Both the position numbers and the translations under genes were made by a program. The notes under the pieces were generated by a model. The model ran no database searches. It saw only the letters and a list, made by a program, of their open reading frames with translations, and was not told where the DNA came from. This document shows, piece by piece, positions 50,355-61,887 of a stretch of 64,000 bases of DNA. Location of the stretch: assembly GCA_000002445.1 (NCBI GenBank), contig CM000208.1:1440001-1504000 (forward strand), given 5' to 3'. The stretch's first letter is position 1. Each line of letters starts with the position of its first letter. Source of the DNA: Trypanosoma brucei. Lineage: Eukaryota.

Positions 50355-51335
50355 TAATAACACTGTTGTTACGCATTAAATGATGAAGGGAGAAAAAAAA
50401 CATTTAGTGGCACTAGGAGCAGGAAACACGGAAATTTTGTTTACACATTCATCTGAATACAAATACAAAATAAATAAATATATATATATATGCAACATTA
50501 TAGTTCACGCGTTCCACGGAGTGACAGAGGCATGTGTGGGCAAATGACGAAAAATTATTCGATTCCTTCCCATTTAAAAACAGAAAAAAATGCTTGTCAC
50601 GCCTCAAAAATTCTTCCTTTTTCCCTTTTGTGTGTGTGTGTTTTGGAGAAGGGGGAAGAGGGGGGAAAGGAAAGGTTTGAATGGGGGTTGGAGCGAACGG
50701 GGCGACAAACAGTGAAGACGCAAAAGCAGAAAACACAAACACATAAACACAAAAAAAAAAGGATTCACAGTTTTTTTTTAAAAAAAAGACAGCTGGGACT
50801 GAGATAACACGTTAACGGAATTTTCTGCCATTTGTAATCTCCAGTCCTTCCACAGACACACACACACACACACCCTTCCTCTCCTCTTCACCACGTTGGC
50901 ACAAGAAAAAGAAAACACGCACAAATATACATTTCATTTTAGACGAACATAAAACCATTCACAAGCATCAAGACTTCACAAACCCCTCAAAAAAAAAAAA
51001 ATCATAATAACAGTTTTTCTTTTTTAAGCCCTTTCATGAAACTACCGAGATTCAAAATGGGTGCCCTCCACATGATAAAACACTTTTCCTCCTCCTCCGC
51101 CCCCCCCCTTTTCTTTTTCATTTATTTTTTTTTGTTTTTTTTGTTTTACTTCGCCCACCTTTAACCAAATATTCCTCATGTAACACAAAGATACGCGCGT
51201 AAGTAAAAATAAAAATAAATTCGAACTCAACATAAAGGTAAGGAAACACCTACAAGGGTAGAAACATATGCGATAACACATTCCCTCAAAGGTACATGAG
51301 CTAAAGCAATGGGAAGGTGAAAAGTAATGGATTGT

Positions 51336-51420
51336 GTTCGGGTTCGGGGCGTGGGTTTGGGTTCGGGGCGTGGGATGTGGGATGTGCGATGTGGGGAAAC
51401 AAAACAAAACAAAACAAAAA
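51336..51420. repeat. G-rich degenerate minisatellite followed by (AAAAC)n
   Basis: ggttcggggcgtggg occurs twice in tandem. Then come atgtggg atgtggg atgtgcg atgtgggg, then aaacaaaacaaaacaaaacaaaaac. Confidence 0.8.
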
Positions 51421-52889
51421 CGAATTGATGAAGTAACGTGAGATTTTCATAAATGAGTTATCGCATACGCAAAAAACAAAAAAAACAACATATTCCCAAA
51501 CACGGAAAGCAACAGCGACAACAAGCACGACAAGAGAGGAAACGATTAACATTGACAACTAATAAAATAGGGAGTAAAGGGTTGTGCGTGACTGCGTGTT
51601 CGCGTTTGCTTGTTCGTAAGTGAGTAGAGGTGGGATATAAAATAAACATAAATTTTATAAAGCAAAACAAAGGACAAACAAGCAAATGAGAAACAGAAAT
51701 GTAAGGGAATAAAGAGGAATGAAAAAAAAAACAAAAAACAAAAAAAAAGAAGATAACATGCAACAAGTAGTGTTACGCAGCAAACACAACTGCACGTTGG
51801 GTGGGTAGCCAAACAGAGCAAAAATCATATGCGCCCACGCAAAAGGTTTAAAAAAAAACCAAAAGGGAGAGGGGGGAAAAAAGGAGAAAAAAGAAAGCAA
51901 CTAAAAAAAAAGTTTAAAAAGCAATAATTTAAACATAAAAAATGGAGAGGAACGAACGGCCACCGTTTTTTTTTTCCCTCTTCCACAAGTAGAGAGAAGA
52001 GCACACGCTCATAAAATGATGGGGGAAGAGTGGTTAGAAATTTAACTACCCAATACCCACATCTTTATGAAATTGACAACCCAATAAGTTTGAAATAACG
52101 TGAAAAGAAAAAAAAGGAGGGGAGAGTAGGGAATAGAAGGATGGAACTCTGTTTCAGGGACATTTCATTCAGTAAACAAATACTTAAACGCCTATTTCCT
52201 TTCAACAGAAAGCTAAACCCGCATTATTAACCATAACCCTCAAAGGGAGAGCACAAAAAGTTGTCGTAGTAATAATGATAGCAATGTACACCTATCTTGT
52301 TATTTCTTTTTCTTTTCCTTTCTTTCTTTTTTATAAAAAAAAAAAAAAGAAAAATGTTCGCTTTCTTTCCTCACCAAAACACAACAATTTACCTTACCTC
52401 CTTCATATTTTCTTGATCCTATCCCGTGATCCACGCCCCCCCCCCCATATTTCCCTTTTCCCCCTCAAAAACAAAAAACATAACGTCGTCCTTGTTTGCT
52501 AAATAATGACAGCAACAGGCAACACATTTCACTACAAACGCTGTGACACAACATTCTTATTTGGCACCGCACGTCACCACTCAACGGTCCACAACATTAA
52601 CAACAATGGCGATGCACAATACAGGTGCATGCGTAATATTTCCTTTTCTATATATGAATAAATAGGCATGACAAGAGACGCATTTACTGATATCACTCTA
52701 TCTATCACATTCCACCTGGATTTTTGCGGCGAGCAACCACACGGTGTAATGCCGTTGTTTATTCAACAAAAAAAAAACAAAGTCCTCTTTATCCCCTTCA
52801 TTTTTTTCCCAGACCCCAATTTTTCCCTCCGCCTATAAATAAGTAAAAAAAAACCAACCAAACAAACAAACATTTCTTGTGTTAACCCG

Positions 52890-54269
52890 TCACTCTTCAT
52901 TATTATCATCATGATCCCCTTCTGGGGAAGGAACTGGATGCCGGGCACTGCTGCACGCACTAAATATTTGTGGAGCCCCTTTTCGCTTGATACTTGCGCA
53001 CAGCTTCACCTTAACGACATTAAAATCACCTATCATTGGAGCCCGCCCTCCCCGCTGCTTCTTCAGCTCCAGCCATAGCTCCAGGAACTGAAATAAGCAA
53101 CCAACATAATATTCACAGCACGTAATTAAAAAAGGAAATTCACGCCGCAGGGTTTCCTCACACTGCGGATGCAACGGTAGAGGGGATATGTTTTGCTTAC
53201 CCCCTCTACCTTCACCACCAGAACTTCGCGCTCGCCGCATCATCTCTGCATGAGTTCGTGTATCCTTCAGCTGATCAAGTACCACACCGGTAAAATTAAA
53301 TCCGATTAAAACAAACGGAAGCTCCTCAAAAACGTTGTCACCATCCTCCCCCTTTTTTATACACGTGTCCCACAAGCGAAAACCGAATGCTCTATAGTAC
53401 TCAAGAAGAAACACTAACTGCAACAAACCAAACAACCCCGTAGAGCGAAGGTCAGTTGCCGGATCACTCCCTTGAAACCCAAGCTTCTCCCACTCATTCC
53501 AGACATTGCCATTGTGCTCCTCGGCGTCACGAATCAATACATTGCGAAGTGTTATGAGCAGCCGTCGGTGAATGGGATTACTGTGGTCAAATGGCATAGA
53601 AGGAAGTGTTGAGCAAAAATCCACATCCTGCTGGAGAACCTGTTTCGGATTTTTGGGATCTATGGGAGCATCCGCGTTGGTTTGACTGTCGAGTGATGAG
53701 GAGCTGTTACAACAAAAGAACACTTTTCTCAGGAAACCACGCAACCGAAGACATCGCCCCCTCCCCCGTGCACGCAGTGGTATCGCATATGGTTCCCATG
53801 AGGATCTGTCATGCTTTAACGCACGAACCGCGTCAACAAAACTAATGGAACGAAAAGACTCACCAGTGTCAGCATGACTCAAACTCATGACGCTAAGCAC
53901 CCGCCTCATCGTTGCGTCATTAACATCATCCCAGTCAATCGATGGCACAGAAGAGTCGCATTTTCTACTTTTGGACTCCCTCTCAGACTCTGAGTATTTG
54001 TGGCGTGAGGTATCTGCTATAACAACATTACCTGTAATGCTTTCAGAGGGAGAAAATGCTTCGGGAAACGCATCCTCACTTGCCTTCAGGCTTTGCACAC
54101 AACCCATTACAACATTGCCATGAAGTTGCTGCTCCAACTGCAGTTGCAACTGCTGCTGGTGTTGCTGATCTAATTCGCAAGGTGTCGCAATAATATCATC
54201 AGAATTTCTATAGCTTAACACAACGGCATCCGGTGAAACAACGGTTAGGTCGGTGGACGAAGTTCCCAT
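52890..54269 (-). CDS. ELMO-domain protein (ELMOD-like, candidate ARL2/ARL3 GAP)
   Basis: 459-aa ORF. Its core (WNEWEKLGFQGSDPATDLRSTGLFGLLQLVFLLEYY) matches the ELMO-domain signature W-x-x-L-G-F-Q-G-x-D-P-x-T-D-F-R-G-x-G-x-L-G-L-x-x-L-x-Y. Confidence 0.6.
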   Translation of the reverse strand: MGTSSTDLTVVSPDAVVLSYRNSDDIIATPCELDQQHQQQLQLQLEQQLHGNVVMGCVQSLKASEDAFPEAFSPSESITGNVVIADTSRHKYSESERESKSRKCDSSVPSIDWDDVNDATMRRVLSVMSLSHADTGESFRSISFVDAVRALKHDRSSWEPYAIPLRARGRGRCLRLRGFLRKVFFCCNSSSSLDSQTNADAPIDPKNPKQVLQQDVDFCSTLPSMPFDHSNPIHRRLLITLRNVLIRDAEEHNGNVWNEWEKLGFQGSDPATDLRSTGLFGLLQLVFLLEYYRAFGFRLWDTCIKKGEDGDNVFEELPFVLIGFNFTGVVLDQLKDTRTHAEMMRRARSSGGEGRGGKQNISPLPLHPQCEETLRREFPFLITCCEYYVGCLFQFLELWLELKKQRGGRAPMIGDFNVVKVKLCASIKRKGAPQIFSACSSARHPVPSPEGDHDDNNEE

Positions 54270-55476
54270 GATGAGCTAAACGTGCACGGTGTCCCGCAGT
54301 ACACCAGCTTCGAAGTAAAGATTTTCCTAGTGGAAGTATCCGTAGATGTTATTGAACAAAGCGCGGTAATGGGAATGAAACGGAGAGAAAGGGAAAGGAA
54401 ATGGAGGGGGGAAGAAAAGAGCAACATAAGAGCACATGTAAATAAAGGCGCAGAAGAGAATAAAGAAAAAAAAACAAAAGGTTGGGAAAGTGCCAAAGAT
54501 AATCTACAAGTATGTATTAATTCACACCTATGCAAGCGGCAACGCCACAAAAGATGAAGCAACGCAACCGCGTAAAAATACACGTCTAGTAACACTCCCG
54601 AATCATATATGTTTCCCCAGTCCTTTCAAGCGCGTAAACACCTGCACAAAAAGGAACACCGACCATTTATTTTTGCCGCTACACTCGGTGCTGGGGGATT
54701 CCATTTTTTTTTTTTAATCCAAGAGCTTGAAATCCCCCAGCACCGACGTACACAATATTGGAAACGGTGAATCACCACCTGCCAAATACAAAAGAGTCAC
54801 TCATAGAAATAATGATAAAGATGAGAACAATTCAACAAAGATGGAAAAAGCAGTAGTGGAAAATCACTAATAACGTAATTGTGACCTTCAAGTAAAAAAA
54901 GCGACGATTAAAATAAATTGAAGGATTGGGCACTGAAAAGGAAGCGACATGAAGTTGGGTGTGTACAACACAAATATCCCAGAAGGGAACGAAAACGACA
55001 GATTTAATTGTGATGATGCCTCTCCACCGCTCACTGAAATGCGTATTAACTAAGTAAACTGGAATATCTAACGGTATCATTCGGCGCGGTGATTCTAATC
55101 TATGTCCAACGCCCCAAACTGACTCACAAAAAAAAATATATATATATATTTAAAAAAAAGCGCACACACGCACACGCAAAAAACAGTCAACTTAACAAAA
55201 AAAAAAAAGTACAAGTAAACTTTCCTCATTTTACATTTCAATTGAGAGTCCGCTTCGCTCAACGAGCCGTCCCGCAGTGCCAGAAGTCGAAACGATACCG
55301 GGACCCCATTTATCTCATGCACCTTGCGCCCCTCTTCGCCGTAGCAATTTGTTTTAATGCTCAACAAACGAAATAATGCTCCAAAGCCTCTCAGTTTCAG
55401 AAATTCATACTTCTAACAAATACGAGCAGTCAACTTAAGAAATCGAGGAGGAGGAGGAGGAGAAACAGGAGTAATA

Positions 55477-57225
55477 TCACCTACTTCTCTTGCGCCCCAC
55501 TAATAACTCGCTATCATCGGTTGCCTCACCAACAGAATGTTTTCCAATGGCCACGGCGTCAACCTGAGCGGAACCACATGTGGAATCCCACTTCTTCAAT
55601 TCTAACTTTGACAATTCAAGACGCCTGGAAGTTTTTGCTGGAACATTGCCTTCACTTCCCATCTGTAAAACGTTATAACTTACATCTTCCATCCCTTGCA
55701 ACTCAGCTTTCAAGTGGCGGTGCGCGCCCAAGGTGGGAATTTCCCTAAATGCAACAGTTCTGCGTTCCAATGAAGTAAAGGAAGGACAGATTGGCTCTTT
55801 CCTCTCAATACACGCGGCCCGCCTGGTTTTCCGGCACTCTAAGGTTAACTCCGGTGTTTTCACATCAACATGTGTTACACTAGTAGTACCTCGTAATGCT
55901 ACAGTGGGCCGGCTTGCGGGGGGTGCCGCGCTTGAATTAGATGAAAAGCTCAGGCTTCTAATAAGTCTTATGACTTCATCTTCTTGAGCAACACTTATTA
56001 AATTCTCCGAACCATAACGCGATGAAAGTTGTTCGCTTTGGATTTGGGCCGTGCTGTGGCAACAGTCACTCATACATTTTGACGTCTCTTGAACGGTGGC
56101 TAAACTCTTTTTCATCATCTCACCGAACTTTGTCACCTCGGAATCATCCATCGCCTCTAATGTATTCCTCACTGACTCAATAGTATATTGGAAGGTTGCG
56201 TTCGCGACTTTGCATTGGGTATTAAGTGACGAGAATGTGTTGCTGAGATGAACCACGTCGTTAGATACCTGATTCATCATCAAACACTCACGCTCCTCAA
56301 GAGCATTCCGAAGTGTGTTGAAGCACTTTTTAACCGCCTCCTGCCTGAATACTAAAGCTTTGTTACACAAGGGCAGTAACCGTTGTTCAATGTCAGCTGA
56401 CAAACTTTGTGTGGCTGCAGCAGATACTCGAAGTTTTTCCACCTGTTCCTGCACTTCCAACCGGGTCCTGCGAGCAGCGCTTTCAACAGACTCCATCGAA
56501 TGACCTTTATGTGCACCTTCCAAGTAGCAGTTAATGCAAATAACCGTCGAGCACGTAACGCAATATGCATTTAGTGGCTGGGAAGGATGAGTATTGCAAA
56601 CTTTCGGCTCCATGTGTATTGCCGACTTTAAAGGGACGATTTTGTGTGTCGTATACCGGCCACGTTGATGAGAGGACACCATACAGATTTCACATAAAGG
56701 GAAACCGCAGGGAACACAAAAGAGATTAGCACCTTCCCTCTCACATGCACCGCATATTCCGCTCTCCCTTTCCACATCTGTAAACCCATCATTCAATGGC
56801 ACCGATGAGGAGGTGTCGGCTTCACCAACCTCTTTGTCAGTTTGAATAATTGTATCTCCATCTCCAACCCCATTAGTGATGGCATTGGTAGGCATAGAGA
56901 CAAAACAACTTGGGCATGACATTAATATCGGGGTTCCTTCACTTCCCCGCACATTCCGCCACTGGGACGCGCATTTCCTGCATGCGAAACAATACCGCTC
57001 GGTATCCGAGTGTTCCAATGGATGAAGGGGAATACATTGCTTAATTTGGTACTTGAAACATAGTGAGCAAAGGTGCTGCCGTGTTGAGCTATCGTTTGAG
57101 CTGAAGAGGGCACGTGATACCTCCGTGTGGGCTGCGTGATCCCCCGTGACTCTGTACCCGAAAGAAGTGGTCGACATTAAGATGCCCTGAATGATTGTAC
57201 AAGCAAAAAAAAAAAAGACCAACAT
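55477..57225 (-). CDS. B-box-type zinc-finger / coiled-coil (TRIM-like) protein
   Basis: 582-aa ORF. It contains two B-box-like Cys/His clusters (CGACEREGANLFCVPCGFPLCEICMVSSHQRGRYTTHKIVPL and VCNTHPSQPLNAYCVTCSTVICINCYLEGAHKGHSMESVE) followed by a long helical coiled-coil region. An N-terminal Cys-rich stretch may be a degenerate RING. Confidence 0.5.
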   Translation of the reverse strand: MLVFFFFACTIIQGILMSTTSFGYRVTGDHAAHTEVSRALFSSNDSSTRQHLCSLCFKYQIKQCIPLHPLEHSDTERYCFACRKCASQWRNVRGSEGTPILMSCPSCFVSMPTNAITNGVGDGDTIIQTDKEVGEADTSSSVPLNDGFTDVERESGICGACEREGANLFCVPCGFPLCEICMVSSHQRGRYTTHKIVPLKSAIHMEPKVCNTHPSQPLNAYCVTCSTVICINCYLEGAHKGHSMESVESAARRTRLEVQEQVEKLRVSAAATQSLSADIEQRLLPLCNKALVFRQEAVKKCFNTLRNALEERECLMMNQVSNDVVHLSNTFSSLNTQCKVANATFQYTIESVRNTLEAMDDSEVTKFGEMMKKSLATVQETSKCMSDCCHSTAQIQSEQLSSRYGSENLISVAQEDEVIRLIRSLSFSSNSSAAPPASRPTVALRGTTSVTHVDVKTPELTLECRKTRRAACIERKEPICPSFTSLERRTVAFREIPTLGAHRHLKAELQGMEDVSYNVLQMGSEGNVPAKTSRRLELSKLELKKWDSTCGSAQVDAVAIGKHSVGEATDDSELLVGRKRSR

Positions 57226-58312
57226 CCATTTGGTTAGTCATCACCAAAAAGGTTGCCAAATAATGGAAACAGTTTGAGGGAAGCAAAACGAGGAGAAGAA
57301 AAAAAGGATATTCCAATGATTTTTTTTTTTAAAAGGCGAGAAACAGTAAAAAACAAAAGGCCCCAATCTCCGTTTCAGACATCAGAAAGGCCGTCCGTGA
57401 GCCACATTTATAATTAGAGAAATGTAACATGTATACATATATTGGCACGTTGAAAAATGGACATATAAGTGGACGCAAATTCTCTTTTTTTTTCTTTGAA
57501 ATAACAATGCAAGTACATCTCCAAACGACTAATACACCCCTATAGCTTCCTTAATTGAACAAACACACAAGCAACAACAAATCTGTAACGGAAATTTGTT
57601 TTCCTCCTTTTCTGATTACCACTCATGGGAATTTGACAAACAAAAGTTGCCCTACCGATACCGTATAAAAAGCACTAAATGCCCTTCGCAAAACGTAGCT
57701 AGTGCAGTCGAAAAATAGTGAATTTCACCCAAACTCCACCAAAAAAGAAAAAAATAAAAAATAAAAAGAGTGAGAGAACAGTTCGAGATGGAGTTCCTCA
57801 AACGGAGGAAATGCGCACCTTTGTAATATCTAAAGGCGAAAGAATCACGTATCGACCACCACCGCCTTTATAACTCATAATGAAACCCAAACGCTCCCTT
57901 TATTCACTCGTGAGGAGCGCGCCGGTACCGCCGTCACTTCATTTTTGTAATGGTTGATTGTTCTTTTGCGTTGTGCTCCTCTGATAACTGATGCGCCGTA
58001 AATGCCAATGGAAAATCAGATTAGATATCTGTGAGAATGAAGTAGGCTATTCCACGAGTAGCGGTAAGGGGCAAAAGTTGAGGGCACAAATAAAAACAAA
58101 ATGAAGTGACATCACGAAATAGCTAATGGAAATTGAAGGCCAGTGCACGTGTATCAGTAGAAGATAGCAATCATTGTAACTTTTATTCGTCCATTGTTTA
58201 TATCGGCACGAAAAAAAAAAAACTCATTCATTCCTGACACAAACGGTGCACACCTACCACGGAACAAGCACCCGCCGGTGAGCGCTGTAAATGGGACTTG
58301 TCCTCCCATCAC

Positions 58313-59593
58313 CTAAGTCATGTATTTGCTTCCAGACTTCAGTCGATGTAAGCCGATTGCTTTCAACCCGGAACCAGAGGGAAAGTTCCTTGCATCAGCG
58401 AGTACCTCTGCGCTCTTCATTTCTTTGCAGAATAACCTCATAGCCCGTGGAATCTCACCGGCGTGTACCTCTGTGGAATCTAATACCTGCAATTGTGGCA
58501 TCATACTTATCACACGGAACCGGCATTGTTCCTCGTATGGAAGTTGACTCAACTCATGATTGCCATCGACCTCCCACTGTACATCCCCGTATGGCGCAGC
58601 TGGCAAGTGATGGATTATTGATCTTACTTGTGGTGCTGTTAATGATGTAAGTAATGCACTGCTCACAGTTGGGAGGGGCATTCCCTCCTTTTGCGTACTC
58701 ACGTTGAGGCTGCGACACGCGGCGAAGTCAACGTCCTGTTGCACATGTGCCTCATAACTGAGAGACGAGGAGTTGCCAGATGTTGTTCCGTCATGAGAAC
58801 GAAGTACCGGATTGCCTTCTAAAGTTAAAACACGGATATTCTTAAGTTTTGATAACCCCTCCAAACCGTCCCAGTTCTGAATATTGTTATTGGAAAGGAA
58901 CAGAAACACCAAGCTGTGTAGCACATCAAAGTCGGAAAAACCTTCTACCGCATTGTGTTCTAAGTTCAATGACTCCAAGTTACCCGCTAGGTGCACTACA
59001 AAGCGCTTGTCGACGATGCTGTTATATGACAGGTTGAGCGCACGCACCGTGAGGCACTTGGAAAATGTATCTAAGTTGACCCGTGAGATTTTGTTCAACT
59101 TTAAATTCAGTCGTGTGAGACTGTGGAGAAGTGAGAAATCATCCGCATGCAGCTCTGTGATGCCGTTTTCTGCCGCAGAGAAATCCATAAGAAACGGAAG
59201 CTTGGAAAGCCCCCCGAGGGACGTTAATGCGTTCCTGTCAAGATTTAGCCGTTCTAGAGTCACACTTGACGAAGCGAGGTCATCAAACACATCGTTTGTG
59301 AGTGCATTGCCTGCAGCAGAAAAATGTATGAGACAGCATAGGCTTCGTAACGGTTTGAGCGTTACGAGCCGGTTGTCATCCAGTGAGAGCCGCTGAAGAT
59401 GCACATATGAGCTTAGCAAATCAATAGAAGTAAGACTCAGCGAGCAAAGTTTAGCCTGCGCATAAACAAGCCAACCGTCTGCGTTGCTACTGAGAGCACT
59501 GAGTGACTCCTTCACAACCTCATATGTAAGCGGGTTTTCGACTTCTAACGGCACGTCACCGGGGTCCTCAGGCGCTATATTGGATGTGCTCAT
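58313..59593 (-). CDS. Leucine-rich-repeat protein (SDS22-like LRRs), probable cytoskeletal/flagellar scaffold
   Basis: 426-aa ORF with at least 8 consecutive about 22-residue LRRs (LxxLxLxxNxIxxLxxL), e.g. LERLNLDRNALTSLGGLSKLPFL, LTRLNLKLNKISRVNLDTFSKCLTV, LNLSYNSIVDKRF, LESLNLEHNAVEGF and LVFLFLSNNNIQNWDGLEGLSKLKNIRVLTLEGNPV. Confidence 0.7.
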   Translation of the reverse strand: MSTSNIAPEDPGDVPLEVENPLTYEVVKESLSALSSNADGWLVYAQAKLCSLSLTSIDLLSSYVHLQRLSLDDNRLVTLKPLRSLCCLIHFSAAGNALTNDVFDDLASSSVTLERLNLDRNALTSLGGLSKLPFLMDFSAAENGITELHADDFSLLHSLTRLNLKLNKISRVNLDTFSKCLTVRALNLSYNSIVDKRFVVHLAGNLESLNLEHNAVEGFSDFDVLHSLVFLFLSNNNIQNWDGLEGLSKLKNIRVLTLEGNPVLRSHDGTTSGNSSSLSYEAHVQQDVDFAACRSLNVSTQKEGMPLPTVSSALLTSLTAPQVRSIIHHLPAAPYGDVQWEVDGNHELSQLPYEEQCRFRVISMMPQLQVLDSTEVHAGEIPRAMRLFCKEMKSAEVLADARNFPSGSGLKAIGLHRLKSGSKYMT

Positions 59594-60307
59594 TCAGCAA
59601 CAAACTCTCACCTTATTAACCGAAAAACAATTGCGCCACTTCCCGCAGTTTGGAGGTTTCGTAACAGTTTTGGTGCTATGACTACCTGATCTAAGTTAGA
59701 CACTCGTTGGTAAGTGAGGATAAAGAGTAAGCAACACGTTTATGAGCAAGCGCGGAGGTAACCCTCGAAGCAATAGAAGCAAATACAAGAATTTTAAAAA
59801 AAAACAAAACTATTCATTGATGAAATAACACCGGGGGAACCAATTCACATACAGTGCTAACCACTTTAGTGAAAGAGACAAACACATTCCGGTGCAATAT
59901 AAACCCTCTTCCTCTCAACAGAAACCCCAACAGACAACTGTAACATGTAACTGTCCCGAATATTGTTACGCAAAGTCCCCGCACATATCACACTGTACGT
60001 TACGGTCCTCCACGTAGATGGAAAAGAAAGTGTGAAATCTACACAAACCCATCGTCAACATCTGCAGAGGGCTCTTAATGGGCGCATTCCATATGCTCTT
60101 GAAAATGACTTGGTGGCACCTTCACTGCTGCTCCTTGTCTCCAAGTGATCTCTTTCCCTTCCTCTCCCCCGTTTTTTTTCGCTTCTGTTCCAAATATTTC
60201 TGCACCCTCCACGGCATCTCCGAATTGGATACAAATGGAACCAGCATGGAAAGAGACAACTTGAATTAGGGAAGAATTAACCAACAGAGTAAGCGCAGAG
60301 ATAGTTA

Positions 60308-61639
60308 CTACCGATGCTGGGAATATAAGGAGCGAAGCTCATTAACGATAAGGCTCCGCTGAGTAGTTTTATCAGCGCCCACAGGAGTGGGATTGCGCCG
60401 CCGATCCGAGCTTATGGGCCGAGGAACGGGTACATCAGTTACAGTCACCCCAGCATTCGCCATATCTCTCTGTGCCTCCTTAATGAGCCGAATCTGATCA
60501 GTCTTACGGTCCATCAGAGTTGAGATGCGATTGAGAGCGGCTGTCACCACTTCAGGACTAATTTCCTCTGCTGCAGCGCGCTCCACAGTATCTTTGTATT
60601 GTTGATGAAGGCTCTTTAGCTCCTCTTGCAGTTCTTCATACACTTCCTTCATTGCCCCGCTTCGCAGTCCCCCCTCGACAGAATCAAAGTGACTTTGGTT
60701 TACCGGAGTTGCCGCTCTCCCACGAGACACAGGTCTTACATGGTAGGAATTGTTAAGCCCAAGCTCCAATGCGCGGCCAGCGCTGGTTCTTCTCGCATCG
60801 CGTTGAATGGAAGAATATGTTGGATCTCTATAGGTACGCCGTGTATTGCCTGCGAGACCCACAGATGCCCGGCGCCGCTCCGCCGAGTGACCAGAGATAT
60901 TAACAAGATGGCGTGCCTCCTGCAGCCGACCCCTAACGGGACCCACAAACGCGTTTGATCTACGTGGTTTGCGGCTATTCCTCCTACAGCTGCCATTTGT
61001 CAGCCTAGTCACATCACAATCGGTCATGCGGGAATTGTCTACACTTCCCGTACCGCAGCGCCGCATGAGTTCCTGTATGGCCTGTTCCAAGTGATGATTA
61101 GTGTCAATTGCCGCCTCCTTCTCTGCTTTCAGTTCCTCAATGGACGCGAGTAATGTACGGTGTTTTTTTTGTTGCTCCTCCAGCTCATGTCGGAGCCTTT
61201 CCATTTCGCTATTGAGCGCACTCTCACGTTTCTTCGAGGCGTCGCACTCCTTCATCAGCATTTCCTCAAGTTCGGTACGAAACGTTCCTAAATCCTTACG
61301 GCTTTCCTCTAGTGTGCTTTGCAACCTTGTCTTTTCTTCAGTTGCGCGCTGCACCATCTCGTGCAGTTCCTTCTCACGCCGACGGTGGTGCGAACGCTCC
61401 TGCTCTAATTGATGCTCCATGTCTTGTTTATACGCCTCATGTGCCTGCAATGCCTTCTCATACTGATCCTGATGGTGGTTGCGGTCCTGCTCTAAGCGAC
61501 GTATTTTCTCCTGAAGAGTTTGGAGTGCAAGTACAATCGATCGCGTGTCACCTACACTCATATTGAGACCAGAGCGCTGCAAACTGGTATTACAACTCTC
61601 CATGGAGTGATTGGCGGATGTGACACGGGAAGATGACAT
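60308..61639 (-). CDS. Hypothetical coiled-coil protein
   Basis: 443-aa ORF. The N-terminal about 200 aa are strongly heptad/charged (LQEKIRRLEQDRNHHQDQYEKALQAHEAYKQDMEHQLEQERSHHRRREKELHEM...). The remainder is Arg/Ser-rich. No domain assigned. Confidence 0.5.
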   Translation of the reverse strand: MSSSRVTSANHSMESCNTSLQRSGLNMSVGDTRSIVLALQTLQEKIRRLEQDRNHHQDQYEKALQAHEAYKQDMEHQLEQERSHHRRREKELHEMVQRATEEKTRLQSTLEESRKDLGTFRTELEEMLMKECDASKKRESALNSEMERLRHELEEQQKKHRTLLASIEELKAEKEAAIDTNHHLEQAIQELMRRCGTGSVDNSRMTDCDVTRLTNGSCRRNSRKPRRSNAFVGPVRGRLQEARHLVNISGHSAERRRASVGLAGNTRRTYRDPTYSSIQRDARRTSAGRALELGLNNSYHVRPVSRGRAATPVNQSHFDSVEGGLRSGAMKEVYEELQEELKSLHQQYKDTVERAAAEEISPEVVTAALNRISTLMDRKTDQIRLIKEAQRDMANAGVTVTDVPVPRPISSDRRRNPTPVGADKTTQRSLIVNELRSLYSQHR

Positions 61640-61841
61640 GAGTCAAGATACCTTTCCCACTGCACAATAATATGACTCTATTGGTACGGAGAAATTTCCG
61701 CTATTATGTTCGTGTATATATGTTGATAATACTAACTTATATGTGTGTTTGTGCGTGCGTTCGTATTCGATGATATGTGATGCAATGAAAAATGTAATTC
61801 ACCCGAAGCTTTTTATGCGCTTTGATCTTTTTGTCTCCGCT

Positions 61842-61844
<3 letters not shown>

Positions 61845-61882
<38 letters not shown>
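61845..61882. repeat. (AT)n microsatellite, about 19 units
   Basis: A perfect atatat... run. Confidence 0.9.

Positions 61883-61887
<5 letters not shown>

Noticed and set aside
51336-51396. Possible telomeric or subtelomeric repeat.
   Set aside because: The repeat unit is GGTTCGGGGCGTGGG / ATGTGGG. It is not the kinetoplastid telomere hexamer TTAGGG, and conventional housekeeping genes flank it on both sides.
50449-51900. A cluster of overlapping 60-120-aa ORFs on both strands in the long spacer.
   Set aside because: They are Phe/Leu/Cys-rich or Lys-rich translations of poly-T/poly-A and simple-repeat DNA. There is no start context or domain.
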